A stretch of DNA of 64,000 nt, from positions 10,091 to 74,090 of the IMG/VR virus record IMGVR_UViG_3300042508_000221, one strand, 5' to 3'. The notes below the pieces were generated by a model, which worked only from the letters and a program-made list of their open reading frames with translations, did not search any database and had not been told where the DNA came from. The position numbers were made by a program, and so were the translations under genes. This DNA is from a virus. Each line of letters opens with the position of its first letter. Position 1 is the stretch's first letter. Of this stretch, positions 9,936-19,811 are shown piece after piece.

Positions 9936-10645
9936 TGGCTGACGGCAAGTACCTCATCGGCGAGAGCCTCCGCGAGAAGCTGAAAAGCACGATCGCGAAG
10001 GTGGAGTCCATACCCTTCGGCGGCCCGGTGAGCCGGATTCCGACGGTGATCGAAGGCGACGGGCAGTCGTTCGCCCCAAAAGTCTTCCGCGTCTGCACGG
10101 CCACGGGCGCATGGCAGCTAAACGCGATCAAGGCCGTCGCTTACTACGGCGTCACCAGCACGCCCAACACCGTCAACGTCATCAACCAGATCGTGAGCCT
10201 GCCGGCACCAAAGAGCACGAACACCCCTCGAATCGTCAACATCGCCAAAGACGGCACGCAGTGGTATCTGGTCAGCTTCCAGATGGCGACGGCGACGGCG
10301 GTGTTTTCTGGGCGGACGCAGACGATGACATTCGTCGGCACAGCCGCCACTCAGAGGATCACGTTTGTTGGGACTGGCTCAACGCAGACTCTAACCTACG
10401 CCGCCCCGGGCACCGCCGACGCGACGGTGGTGACGGGCGTGTCTGCTTCGCTCAACACCACCAACTGCTCAATCTCGGTTGTCACGGCAACGGCAAGGCT
10501 GAAAACAGTTGGCGACCCCAGGACAGCCACCACCATATCCATGTCGGGCACGCAGACCGCCACGACCATATCCATGTCGGGCACGCAGACGGCGACCTTC
10601 ATCACCAACACGTTCACGGCCACGTTCGTGACCCTGGAGATATAA
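9935..10645 (+). CDS. Putative tail protein, Thr-rich C-terminus
   Basis: TAATG coupling; 33-bp tandem duplication (TATTISMSGTQ x2). Confidence 0.55.
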   Translation: MADGKYLIGESLREKLKSTIAKVESIPFGGPVSRIPTVIEGDGQSFAPKVFRVCTATGAWQLNAIKAVAYYGVTSTPNTVNVINQIVSLPAPKSTNTPRIVNIAKDGTQWYLVSFQMATATAVFSGRTQTMTFVGTAATQRITFVGTGSTQTLTYAAPGTADATVVTGVSASLNTTNCSISVVTATARLKTVGDPRTATTISMSGTQTATTISMSGTQTATFITNTFTATFVTLEI

Positions 10646-10647
10646 TC

Positions 10648-11250
10648 ATGGCGTGTCCATGCTGCGGCCAGACATGGCAATGCCTTGCGTGCTGCTGCCC
10701 GAGCGGCCAGCCATCGCCGCAGTCCATCCAGCTACGGCTTTATAACTGGCGAGTCTCCGATGTCGCACCGCGGCGAGGGCAGGGCGAGTACCTCTCATCT
10801 CGCGGAATGGGCGCGGTGACGTTCAGGGATTTTTCCGTCGAGGGCACTTACACGCTGTCGCTCACGACAATACCAGACCCCTTTTACACGCTCAACCAAG
10901 GGAATTCGGTCAGTTGTGTACGATATGTCTATCGCGAAGGCGCGCCGTCCGGCTGCCCGATGCTGGTGCAGTACCAAACTCTTCCACAAGGGGTTCCAGA
11001 AAACAACAAGAAACTTTTATTCGTAGCACGAATGGCCTGGGGCTCGAAGTATGTTTTTGCTTTTTCCGGCGAAAACCAGCAGGGGCGCTGCCTCTCCTTC
11101 GCGTCATCGTCGACTGCTGGAACTGGATACGACCTATGCACCGGCGTTCGCCAACAGAGGTTGCCGGGGGAACCTGACTCCGTCCCTTATGCGGTCTGCA
11201 CGGTCGAGGGGCAGGAAGTGGCGATGCTGTTTGACGTTGAGCATATATAG
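10648..11250 (+). CDS. Cys-rich hypothetical protein
   Basis: Starts MACPCCGQTWQCLACCCP. Confidence 0.6.
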   Translation: MACPCCGQTWQCLACCCPSGQPSPQSIQLRLYNWRVSDVAPRRGQGEYLSSRGMGAVTFRDFSVEGTYTLSLTTIPDPFYTLNQGNSVSCVRYVYREGAPSGCPMLVQYQTLPQGVPENNKKLLFVARMAWGSKYVFAFSGENQQGRCLSFASSSTAGTGYDLCTGVRQQRLPGEPDSVPYAVCTVEGQEVAMLFDVEHI

Positions 11251-11259
11251 GTAACTTCT

Positions 11260-11490
11260 ATGCCGTGCTATAGCGCCGCAAACGTCACTCTCTGGCTGGG
11301 CTACAAGAGGCTCGGCAAGGCATACGCCACGCAGCAGGAGTGCGAGCAGGAGTGTTCGCAGCCTTCGGGGGCGTGCTGTAACGCAGGAGTGTGCCGAACC
11401 GCAACGCCCTGCCAGTGCGCCGGACAGGGCGACTCTTTTCTGGGGATAGGAACACAATGCTCGCCAAACCCATGCAACCCACTTCCATGA
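11260..11490 (+). CDS. Small Cys-rich protein (GACC module)
   Basis: GACCNAGVC..C.C....F.G.GT.CSPNPC; 76 aa. Confidence 0.6.
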   Translation: MPCYSAANVTLWLGYKRLGKAYATQQECEQECSQPSGACCNAGVCRTATPCQCAGQGDSFLGIGTQCSPNPCNPLP

Positions 11491-11921
11491 TTACCTGCCA
11501 CCGCATGCACCTTGAGGTTCGCTGCGCCGAACGTGGCTACACGCTCGACGAAGTGATGCCGTGCGTTGTCGCCCGGGATGGCGACGAGTGGACAGTGGAC
11601 ATCGACCACCCCGCTTTCCCCCGGGACTCGCGATTTCCGCCGCCACCCCCGCCGCACGGCCCAGGCACGGAACTCAAAAAGCTCCTGGCCGGATGGCCGT
11701 TTCGCATCACAGCTTCCCCAGACTGCTCGTGTAACCAAGTCGCCAACGAGATGGACGCCTGGGGCGTGGACGAGTGTGAGAAGCCCGACCGCGTCGAATA
11801 CGTCCTTTCGGCCATGCGGGCCAATGCTGAGAAGCGCGGCCTGCCATTTCTTGACGCCGCCGGCAGGTTTCTGATCAAGCGTGCTATCAAGCAAGCGCGA
11901 AAATCAAAGGTTGACCCATAA
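11487..11921 (+). CDS. Hypothetical protein, Cys-containing
   Basis: ATGA coupling; GPGTELKKLL, CSC...MDAWG. Confidence 0.6.
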   Translation: MITCHRMHLEVRCAERGYTLDEVMPCVVARDGDEWTVDIDHPAFPRDSRFPPPPPPHGPGTELKKLLAGWPFRITASPDCSCNQVANEMDAWGVDECEKPDRVEYVLSAMRANAEKRGLPFLDAAGRFLIKRAIKQARKSKVDP

Positions 11922-12063
11922 AGGCTACTCGGCCACACTATGTCTATGTCCAAGAAGCCGCCACGGGGATTGATACTTCCCCCTGAACTTGACGACGACG
12001 ACGAGATCACGGGCGGCGGCATCCCCGATGATGATGGATGGATTCACCTTGAGGGCAAGCCGA

Positions 12064-12309
12064 ATGGACTTAGCGAAGGAGATCCTGGAGAGCGCGAAGC
12101 CGTCGGCAGGAAACCAAAGCTGGTTTCACGGTCTGTCAAGCGAGCACCAAGACGCCGTCCTCGCGGTTCGTGACCAGTGGCGGAAGACCGCCGAGGCCAC
12201 CGGCATCTCGGCCTCCCAGATGGCGAAGACGATCGTCGCAAAGCTCACGGCCCGCGGGTACAAGACCTCCAAGTTCAGGCAGGTGCAGCGATGGCTGACG
12301 CAGGGTTGA
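12064..12309 (+). CDS. Hypothetical small protein, possibly DNA-binding
   Basis: MDLAKEILES...VQRWL; overlaps next gene. Confidence 0.45.
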   Translation: MDLAKEILESAKPSAGNQSWFHGLSSEHQDAVLAVRDQWRKTAEATGISASQMAKTIVAKLTARGYKTSKFRQVQRWLTQG

Positions 12310-13472
12310 CCGGCGACATCCTTTCGGCCGCGGCAGCCGCCGCCACGCCGAAGCCCGCCGCCGACGCAGAGCAGGTGACGCAGCGCCGCGAGGGAGACGT
12401 GCTGGAGGCGCGCTCCACGTCGAAGCGCATCAAGACGGTCGCCGACCTCCTGGCTCACATCGAAGCTGACATGCGGGCTTATGATGTCGCAGCATCCGAG
12501 GCGACCAAGTGGGAGGTCGCAACAGCCGACTCAAGCGGCGAGCCGACCGTCACTGAGCTGCACCGCGTCTGGGTCAGGCTCAAGCCCAAGGCTGGCCCAG
12601 GGATCAAGGAAGTCGTCGAGGCGATGATCGCGGCGGCGAGTAAGCAGATAGTGCAGGCGAAGATGCCCAGGCATCGCAAGCGGCGAGACGGCCTGTGGAG
12701 CGTAGTGGTCGTCAGCGACCTGCACGTTGGGTCGAAGTCTTGGCGGCACGCGACCGGGCACGACTACGACATCAACATCGCAGGACAGGTTGCGGCAAAA
12801 ACGACCAGCGAGTTGATTCAGCGCAGCGACGGCCTCGGCGTTACGCGGCGATCGATCGTGCTGTGCGGCGATACGCTACACTTCGACACAATTGCGGGAA
12901 CGACGACATCGGGCACCTACCTAGACCGAGACACTCGCATACAGAAAGCCATAGAATGCGCCGCCGAGGCGATATTTCGAGCCGTCGAGCATTCTGCGTC
13001 GTCGGTTCCGACGGACGTTGTTCTGGTGCCTGGAAACCACGACTCCGCGATGACCTGGGCACTCCAGAAGATCGTGGTGGAGCGGTATCGCAACGACAAA
13101 CGAATCAAGGTCAACGGCGAATTCACCAGCCGAAAATACCTGATCCACGGGAAAAACCTGATCGGCGTGACGCACGGCGACAAGGGGAAAAAGCGTCTTG
13201 GTGGCATCATGGCCTTGGAGGCCGCCGAGCAGTGGTCAACCTGCGTTCACCGCGAATGGCACGTCGGACATCTACACCATCAAGCAGCCGAGATAAGCAC
13301 AATCGACGGTGTCGTCGTCAGGACGCACCCGACGATCGTTCCGCCGGACGCATGGCACTTCGATAACGGCTTTGTCGGAGCAGAGCGGGCAATGCAGGGG
13401 TTCGTCTACGCCCCCGAGGGCGGGCTGCTTGAGCTGCATATGGCTTACGCAGGATGCGGGAGGGCGCATTGA
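12291..13472 (+). CDS. Calcineurin-like metallophosphoesterase
   Basis: SDLH, GD..H, GNHD, THGD, GHLH motifs. Confidence 0.85.
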   Translation: MADAGLTGDILSAAAAAATPKPAADAEQVTQRREGDVLEARSTSKRIKTVADLLAHIEADMRAYDVAASEATKWEVATADSSGEPTVTELHRVWVRLKPKAGPGIKEVVEAMIAAASKQIVQAKMPRHRKRRDGLWSVVVVSDLHVGSKSWRHATGHDYDINIAGQVAAKTTSELIQRSDGLGVTRRSIVLCGDTLHFDTIAGTTTSGTYLDRDTRIQKAIECAAEAIFRAVEHSASSVPTDVVLVPGNHDSAMTWALQKIVVERYRNDKRIKVNGEFTSRKYLIHGKNLIGVTHGDKGKKRLGGIMALEAAEQWSTCVHREWHVGHLHHQAAEISTIDGVVVRTHPTIVPPDAWHFDNGFVGAERAMQGFVYAPEGGLLELHMAYAGCGRAH

Positions 13473-14143
13473 GATTAGAGACTGAAGAGCAGCGAAGCCG
13501 TCGCCTCGCAGCCGGCCGAGAGCGGGCTGCCCGCTACAGAGCAAACGAAACACCAGAGCAGAGAGCAAAACGCCTTGCGTATTTTCAAGAGTATAGAAAG
13601 TCATACTACTCAGCCAACAAAGACAAGATAGCCGCCGGGAACAGGAAGAGATACGAGCAGAAGAAGCCTGAGATTTTAATGCAGTGCAAGGAATACAGAC
13701 AGAAAAACAAAGACAAGATCACTGCCGCTTACTCGCATAAGCGAAGAACAGACCCGCAGACTCTCTTGGCAAGTCGCCTGCGGCACCGCCTATCCATGCT
13801 GCTTCGCGTCACCGGAACCAGAAAAACAAAAGCAACCATGAGGCTTGTGGGGTGCGACCGGCCGTGCCTGAAGACATGGATTGAGATGCAGTTCCTCCCA
13901 GAAATGACTTGGGGCGTGTCACGCGAATGGCACATTGATCACATCATCCCGTGCAGCGCTTTTGATCTAACCTCCGAAAGTCAGCAGTCAGTTGCCTTTC
14001 ACTACCTGAACCTTCGGCCAATGTGGGCCAAAGACAACGTAGCCAAGCGAGACCGTCTGGTGGTTGAACGCCCCAGTGACGGCATTTGGACTCTTGATCA
14101 CGTCATAAAAGCGCGCCGGATTACTGCCGGAGTTCGCCGATGA
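13454..14143 (+). CDS. HNH / EndoVII-like putative homing endonuclease
   Basis: Basic N-terminus, WHIDHIIPC, HYLNLRPMWAKDN; DNA visibly A-richer than neighbours. Confidence 0.8.
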   Translation: MREGALRLETEEQRSRRLAAGRERAARYRANETPEQRAKRLAYFQEYRKSYYSANKDKIAAGNRKRYEQKKPEILMQCKEYRQKNKDKITAAYSHKRRTDPQTLLASRLRHRLSMLLRVTGTRKTKATMRLVGCDRPCLKTWIEMQFLPEMTWGVSREWHIDHIIPCSAFDLTSESQQSVAFHYLNLRPMWAKDNVAKRDRLVVERPSDGIWTLDHVIKARRITAGVRR

Positions 14144-14619
14144 ACGAACTGGACTACCTCCGCGAAGCCTGCCGCTACGCCTCAGAGCACTCCCACGACC
14201 CAGACACGCAGAACGGGGCCGTGCTCGTGACGGGCAGGCAGATCATCTACGCCGCCAACTGCGTTCCGGCGGGGGTGGCCCGCCCCGCGCACCGACTCGG
14301 GAGGCCGTTCAAGTACGACTTTATCGAGCACGCCGAGCGGGCGGCGATCCACAAGGCCGCGGCGGCCGGGGCGGCGACGGCCGGCGGGAAGCTCTACTGC
14401 CCCTGGTTCGCCTGCACCGACTGTGCCAGGGCGATCATTTCGGCGGGCATCACCGAGGTCGTCGGTCTGATCTCGCTCCGCAACGCCACGCCGGCCCGCT
14501 GGCTCCTCAACGTGGAGCTGGCCGAAAAGATGCTCGAAGAGGCGTGCGTGAGCCAGCGGCTCCTGGCAGACACAGTCGGCGTCACACTTCGCTTCGACGG
14601 GAGGGATTTCTCATGCTGA
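14140..14619 (+). CDS. dCMP deaminase family
   Basis: S.DP.TQNGAV, HAE and C..CARAII.AGI zinc-deaminase motifs. Confidence 0.85.
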   Translation: MNELDYLREACRYASEHSHDPDTQNGAVLVTGRQIIYAANCVPAGVARPAHRLGRPFKYDFIEHAERAAIHKAAAAGAATAGGKLYCPWFACTDCARAIISAGITEVVGLISLRNATPARWLLNVELAEKMLEEACVSQRLLADTVGVTLRFDGRDFSC

Positions 14620-15155
14620 TCGGACTCTGCGGGGCCGCCGGGGCTGGGAAGAATACGGTGGCAGAATTTCTTACGGATTCCGACGGCTGCACATTCATGC
14701 AGATCGCCTTCGCCGACCCGCTCTACGAGTGCGTCTCGACGATCACGGGCCTGCCGGCGGCCCGCCTCAAGGATCGCGTCGTCAAGGAGACCGTCATCCC
14801 CTGGCTGGGCAAGTCGCCCAGGCAACTGCTCCAGACCCTCGGCACCGAGTGGGGCCGCGGCACCGTCCATCCCGAAATCTGGGTTCGCATCGCGATGGAG
14901 CGAGCCGCCCAGCACCTGACCGTCAATCGCTGCGTGGTCATCACCGACGTTCGGTTCGACAACGAGGCTCAGGCCATCATCGACGCCGGAGGCGAGGTGT
15001 GGCGGGTTGAGCGGCCGGGGTGGCGGTGCCTCGCCGCCGAGGCGGCCACGCACCAGAGCGAGGCCGGGGTGAGCGACCATCTTGTCGCCCGAACCATCGA
15101 CAATTCCGGCTCCTTGGATGCCCTCAGACTGCAACTCGTCGCTGCTACAATTTAG
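14613..15155 (+). CDS. Deoxynucleoside monophosphate kinase
   Basis: IGLCGAAGAGKNT, FADPL, PRQLLQTLGTEWGR, ITDVRFDNE, HQSE. Confidence 0.9.
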   Translation: MLIGLCGAAGAGKNTVAEFLTDSDGCTFMQIAFADPLYECVSTITGLPAARLKDRVVKETVIPWLGKSPRQLLQTLGTEWGRGTVHPEIWVRIAMERAAQHLTVNRCVVITDVRFDNEAQAIIDAGGEVWRVERPGWRCLAAEAATHQSEAGVSDHLVARTIDNSGSLDALRLQLVAATI

Positions 15156-15198
15156 ATAGGCTACCGGCCTGCATACTGTAGTTTTCGCGGAGTGGCAG

Positions 15199-15498
15199 AT
15201 GAGCAGCGAATCATTCGTCGAGGCCGCGTTCCGCGTGGCCGAGCGTTTCGGCGTTCCGTTGGTGCTTCTGGCGGTCGGCATCTGGTTTATGAGGGATGCG
15301 GCAGTGACGCTCCACGGCACCGTCGTGGTGCCGATTGTGAAGTCGCACACCGAGTTCCTCGATTCGACCAGAGAGACGCTCGACGAGATCGGGAAAACGC
15401 AGTTCAAGCAGGCCGAGACCCTCCAAGAAATCGCCGCTGGGCAGCAGGAAATCAAGCAGGCCGTCGTGAAAAAGACCGGCCAGCCGGCTCAAAACTGA
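15199..15498 (+). CDS. Single-TM membrane protein (holin-like)
   Basis: One N-terminal TM (FGVPLVLLAVGIWFM) followed by a coiled coil. Confidence 0.45.
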   Translation: MSSESFVEAAFRVAERFGVPLVLLAVGIWFMRDAAVTLHGTVVVPIVKSHTEFLDSTRETLDEIGKTQFKQAETLQEIAAGQQEIKQAVVKKTGQPAQN

Positions 15499-15507
15499 GG
15501 TGCCGCC

Positions 15508-15873
15508 TTGCCCGTCTTCAGCCAGCTTCCTGGGAATTTAGATTTAGAACTTGTGCCCGGGGACGAGTGTAATGTCGCGCTGAACCTTCAGCGCGACGTT
15601 ACGTCGCATTCGTTCACGAGCTACATCTACCGCACCGACATCGTCGGCACCGGCGGCGGCCTGGGCTCGATCTCCAGCTTCGGCCAGACCGTCACCTCCC
15701 CGACGATCGGCATCGCCAACGCCTCGACCGGCTCCATGATCCTGGGGCTCTCCGAGACCCAGACTTCCCTGCTTTCCCCCGGCCAGACCTACCGCTGGTA
15801 TCTCCGCTGGGTGGCCCCGGGGCAGATCACCCGCACGATTGTGAGCGGTAGCGTGACGGCGGTGGCCCCATGA
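15508..15873 (+). CDS. BppU-N-like baseplate/fibre anchor protein, copy 1
   Basis: LP..L.L, G...L.LS.TQT..L, Y.W.L.W..PG...RT...G.V. Confidence 0.55.
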   Translation: MPVFSQLPGNLDLELVPGDECNVALNLQRDVTSHSFTSYIYRTDIVGTGGGLGSISSFGQTVTSPTIGIANASTGSMILGLSETQTSLLSPGQTYRWYLRWVAPGQITRTIVSGSVTAVAP

Positions 15874-18800
15874 GTGAAATCAGCGTCGTTGTCGTCGGCT
15901 CGACGAGCATCAATAGCGTCGTGGGCAACGGCGACACGGTCAACGTCACCGTTGGCAGCAGCACGGGCGGCGGCGGCAGCGGCACGGCGGCGACCATCGA
16001 GGCCGGGACTGTCACGACGATCGACGCGACCCAGACGGCCACCGTCACCAACGTCGGGTCAGCCTTCGCCGCCAAGTTCAACTTCTCGCTGCCGCGAGGC
16101 TTTACGGGCTTGCAGGGTCAGGCTGGCCCAGCCGGCCCTGGCAACTCGCTGTCGATTGGGACGGTCTCGACGGGCACCGCGGCGAGCGCGACGATCACGG
16201 GCACCTCGCCATCGCAAACGCTCAGTCTCGTGCTCCCGCAGGGCAACGCCGGCCCGCAGGGCGCAGTGGGCGCAGCAGGCCCCGCCAACTCTCTGACGGT
16301 TGGGAGCGTAACGACCGGCGCGACCGCGGCCGTGTCGATCACGGGGAGTGCCCCGTCGCAGCAGATTTCTTTTGTGATCCCAGCAGGCCCGAGCGGCCCC
16401 GCCGGCCCCGCCAATTCACTGGAAGTCGGGAGCGTGACGACCGGCGCGACCGCTGCCGTGTCGATCACCGGAAGCGCCCCGTCGCAGCAAATCTCATTCG
16501 TAATCCCCCAGGGGCCGAGCGGCCCCACCGGCCCCGCGGGCGGTCTGGCGACGGTGAGCGTTGGCACAGTCACCACCGGCAGCCCAGGGACTCCTGCCGC
16601 CGTGCAGGCTGTCGCAAACGGCTCGACCGTCACGTTGAACTTCACGATTCCCAGGGGCTCAGACGGCACGTCGAACCTCGCGGACGAGACGCCGCAGCCA
16701 CTCGGAGTTGCCTCTGCGGGGTCGGCTCTCAAGGCGGCGCGGGCCGATCACATTCACGCCGTGCCGACGATTGACTACAGCTCCCTGGCGGGGGTGCCGA
16801 GCACTTTTGTTCCGGTTTCCCATCAGCACCTCATAACCGACGTGACGGGGCTGGAGACCGCGCTCAATGCCAAGCAGGCTGCGGGCAACTACGCCACACT
16901 CGTGGGCGGGACAGTACCCAGCAGCCAACTGCCGGGGTTCGTCGATGACGTTGTCGAGGCCGCGTCTTTTGGGACGCTGCCCTCACCCGGCGAGTCTGGG
17001 AAGCTGTATGTTGCCGTCGACACTCGCAAGGTGTATCGCTGGAGCGGCGGTTCCGTTGGCTACGTCGAGATTGCAGCCTCCCCCGGCTCGACCGATGCCG
17101 TGCCAGAAGGCGCGACGAATCTGTATTTCACAAGCGTCCGCGCCGCAGCGGCGGCGCCGGTGCAGAGCGTGGCGGGCCGCACGGGGGCGGTGACGCTCGC
17201 AAAGTCTGACGTGGGGCTTGGCAGCGTCGACAACACGTCAGACGCAAACAAACCTGTAAGCACCGCTCAAGCGTCTGCTGACTCTGCCGTGCAGTCGTAT
17301 TCCATCCAGCGTGCTAACCACACCGGCACGCAGACGGCATCGACCATCAGCGACTTCGCCGCCGAAGCAGCAAAGTACGGCCCGGTCGCCAGTCTGAACT
17401 CGCTCACTGGCGCGTTGACGCTTGCGCCAGGAAACGGCGTGACGATCACGCCGAGCGGCACGACGCTGACCATCGCATCGACGGCCACGGGGCTTGGTGC
17501 TGACGATGCCATTGACGGCGGTGCCTTCGGAGGCAGCGCCAGTCTGGGCGGCGGGGTATCGTGGACGCAGCGGACGCTGGCGGCGAACGCAGAATGGCTG
17601 CAAGTTGCCTACGGCAACGGCGTGTTTGTGGCAGTAGCTCTTGGCACAACCGCAGCCACAAGCACAGACGGCATCACATGGACACAGCGGACGATGCCCA
17701 GCGGGGATTACCACGCTTTCGCCCACGGCAACGGCGTGTTCGTCGCGATTAGCTTGGGGGGCGGGTGGACTGCAAGAAGCGCCGACGGCATCACATGGAC
17801 CAAAACCGGGATGCTTGCGGGAGGTGATAATTGGAATGGCACTTCTTTCTGGCGCGTGGCGTATGGCAACGGCACATTCGTTGCGGTGTCCATTAGTGGC
17901 ACAACCGCAGCCACAAGCGTAGACGGCATCACATGGACGAGCCGCACGCTTCCGGGCTCTTACCCATATCGGTGCATAGCCTACGGCAGCGGCACATTTG
18001 TCGCGCTGACATATAACAGCAATACGGCGGCCACGAGCGCTGACGGCATCACATGGACGGCACGCACACTGCCAAGCAATCAGGGGTGGACCGGCATCAC
18101 ATACGGCAACGGCCTGTTCGTGGCGGTTGCGAGTAATACCGGATATACAGCGCGAAGCGCCGACGGTATCACATGGACGCAGAGCGGTACGCTTCCTACG
18201 GGACTGATCGAACCAGCCGTCACCTATGGCGCTGGCACGTTTGTGATAGTTGGGCAAGGCGGCTCAGGCAGCGGCACCTCCGTCGCCGCGACAAGCATCG
18301 ACGGGATTAACTGGACGCAACGCACACTTCCAGCCAGCGGCGTCTGGCAATCGGTGGCTTATGGCAGCGACCTTTTTGTTGCAATAGCCGGCGGCGGCAC
18401 ACCGACAACGCTTGCGGCCACTTCTCCCGGTTCCTTCGCGTCTGCGGACGTAGTCAAGCCAAAGCGGAGCTACACGGCTGGCATTACGCCAGCAACGGCA
18501 GAGCTAGAGACGCACGAGTTGGCTGTGTCGTGGGCAGACGGCAAGCTCTTCACGAAGGACGTCGACGGCAACCTCGTCACGTTGACGCTCGGCGGCGGCT
18601 CCGGTGCTGACGATGCCATCGATGGCGGTTGGTTTTACGGCACGAGCGGCCATACGGCATCGGTCACGATCACGTCGCCGCCTGCCAACAAGACGGCCAG
18701 CAGCGGGGCTGCGACGTTTGCGGTCACGGCGACCGTTGACCCCAGCGGATCGCCGTCGTACCAGTGGCAGAAAAGCGATGCCAACAGCACGATTGTGACG

Positions 18801-19811
18801 CAGCGCACGATGCCCGCCGCGCGGGATTGGAAAAGCGTGGCATACGGCAACGGAGTGTTTGTCGCGGTGTCATACAACGGCGACACAGCGGCCACAAGCA
18901 CCGATGGCATCAACTGGACGCAGCGAACGCTGCCAGTTAGCGGGTATTGGAGTGGCGTGACCCATGGAAACGGCACGTTTCTTGCAATTCCGTACACGGG
19001 CACTTACGCCGCCACTAGCGCGGACGGCATTACTTGGACGCAGCGGACACTGCCATCCGACTCGCCTTGGCGAGCCGGCGTATATGGCGGTGGCACGTTC
19101 GTAGCGGTTGCTGCCGCCAGCTCAATCGCCGCTACGAGCACTGACGGCGTTAGCTGGACTCAGCGAACGCTGCCCTTCAACGGGTCTTGGGAGAGCGTGA
19201 CCTACGGCAACGGAATGTTTGTTGCGATTGCCAACAACAGCACTTACGCCGCCACCAGCACGGACGGCGTTACTTGGACGCAGCGGACGCTGCCGTCCGC
19301 CGCCTTCTGGCGAAGCGTCACATACGGAAACGGAATGTTTGTTGCCGTTGCAAGCAACAGCACTATCGCCGCCACAAGCACGAACGGCATTGAGTGGACG
19401 CAGCGGACAATGCCCGTCTTGGAAGGATGGTCATCTGAGGATTGGTACGGTGTTGCCTACGGAAGCGGAGCGTTCGTCGCGGTATCGTATACCCATGGTG
19501 CTGCGGCCCGCAGCGCAGATGGCGTCAACTGGACGCTGTTTGCGATGCCGGTTAGCGCAGGATGGCAAAGCATCACATACGGCGGCGGCAAGTTTGTCTC
19601 GGTGGCTGGCGGGATAAACACTACTATCGCCGCAACTGTCGAGGTGGGTGTTTATTCGCCGTTCGCCAACATCAGCAGTGCCACGTCCTCCTCGCTCGCT
19701 CTTTCCGGCCTATCAAAAGCCGCCGATGATGGCGATCGCTTTCGGGTTGTCGTGTCTGCCACAGGGGCTGCAAGCGTAACAAGCCAACCCGCAACACTCA
19801 CGGTGTCGTGA
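15870..19811 (+). CDS. Large modular tail fibre / receptor-binding protein
   Basis: Collagen-like G-X-Y linkers, VQSVAGRTGAVTL, two blocks of WTQRTLP..W..V.YGNG.FVAV propeller repeats, Ig-like YQWQ domain. Confidence 0.85.
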   Translation: MSEISVVVVGSTSINSVVGNGDTVNVTVGSSTGGGGSGTAATIEAGTVTTIDATQTATVTNVGSAFAAKFNFSLPRGFTGLQGQAGPAGPGNSLSIGTVSTGTAASATITGTSPSQTLSLVLPQGNAGPQGAVGAAGPANSLTVGSVTTGATAAVSITGSAPSQQISFVIPAGPSGPAGPANSLEVGSVTTGATAAVSITGSAPSQQISFVIPQGPSGPTGPAGGLATVSVGTVTTGSPGTPAAVQAVANGSTVTLNFTIPRGSDGTSNLADETPQPLGVASAGSALKAARADHIHAVPTIDYSSLAGVPSTFVPVSHQHLITDVTGLETALNAKQAAGNYATLVGGTVPSSQLPGFVDDVVEAASFGTLPSPGESGKLYVAVDTRKVYRWSGGSVGYVEIAASPGSTDAVPEGATNLYFTSVRAAAAAPVQSVAGRTGAVTLAKSDVGLGSVDNTSDANKPVSTAQASADSAVQSYSIQRANHTGTQTASTISDFAAEAAKYGPVASLNSLTGALTLAPGNGVTITPSGTTLTIASTATGLGADDAIDGGAFGGSASLGGGVSWTQRTLAANAEWLQVAYGNGVFVAVALGTTAATSTDGITWTQRTMPSGDYHAFAHGNGVFVAISLGGGWTARSADGITWTKTGMLAGGDNWNGTSFWRVAYGNGTFVAVSISGTTAATSVDGITWTSRTLPGSYPYRCIAYGSGTFVALTYNSNTAATSADGITWTARTLPSNQGWTGITYGNGLFVAVASNTGYTARSADGITWTQSGTLPTGLIEPAVTYGAGTFVIVGQGGSGSGTSVAATSIDGINWTQRTLPASGVWQSVAYGSDLFVAIAGGGTPTTLAATSPGSFASADVVKPKRSYTAGITPATAELETHELAVSWADGKLFTKDVDGNLVTLTLGGGSGADDAIDGGWFYGTSGHTASVTITSPPANKTASSGAATFAVTATVDPSGSPSYQWQKSDANSTIVTQRTMPAARDWKSVAYGNGVFVAVSYNGDTAATSTDGINWTQRTLPVSGYWSGVTHGNGTFLAIPYTGTYAATSADGITWTQRTLPSDSPWRAGVYGGGTFVAVAAASSIAATSTDGVSWTQRTLPFNGSWESVTYGNGMFVAIANNSTYAATSTDGVTWTQRTLPSAAFWRSVTYGNGMFVAVASNSTIAATSTNGIEWTQRTMPVLEGWSSEDWYGVAYGSGAFVAVSYTHGAAARSADGVNWTLFAMPVSAGWQSITYGGGKFVSVAGGINTTIAATVEVGVYSPFANISSATSSSLALSGLSKAADDGDRFRVVVSATGAASVTSQPATLTVS

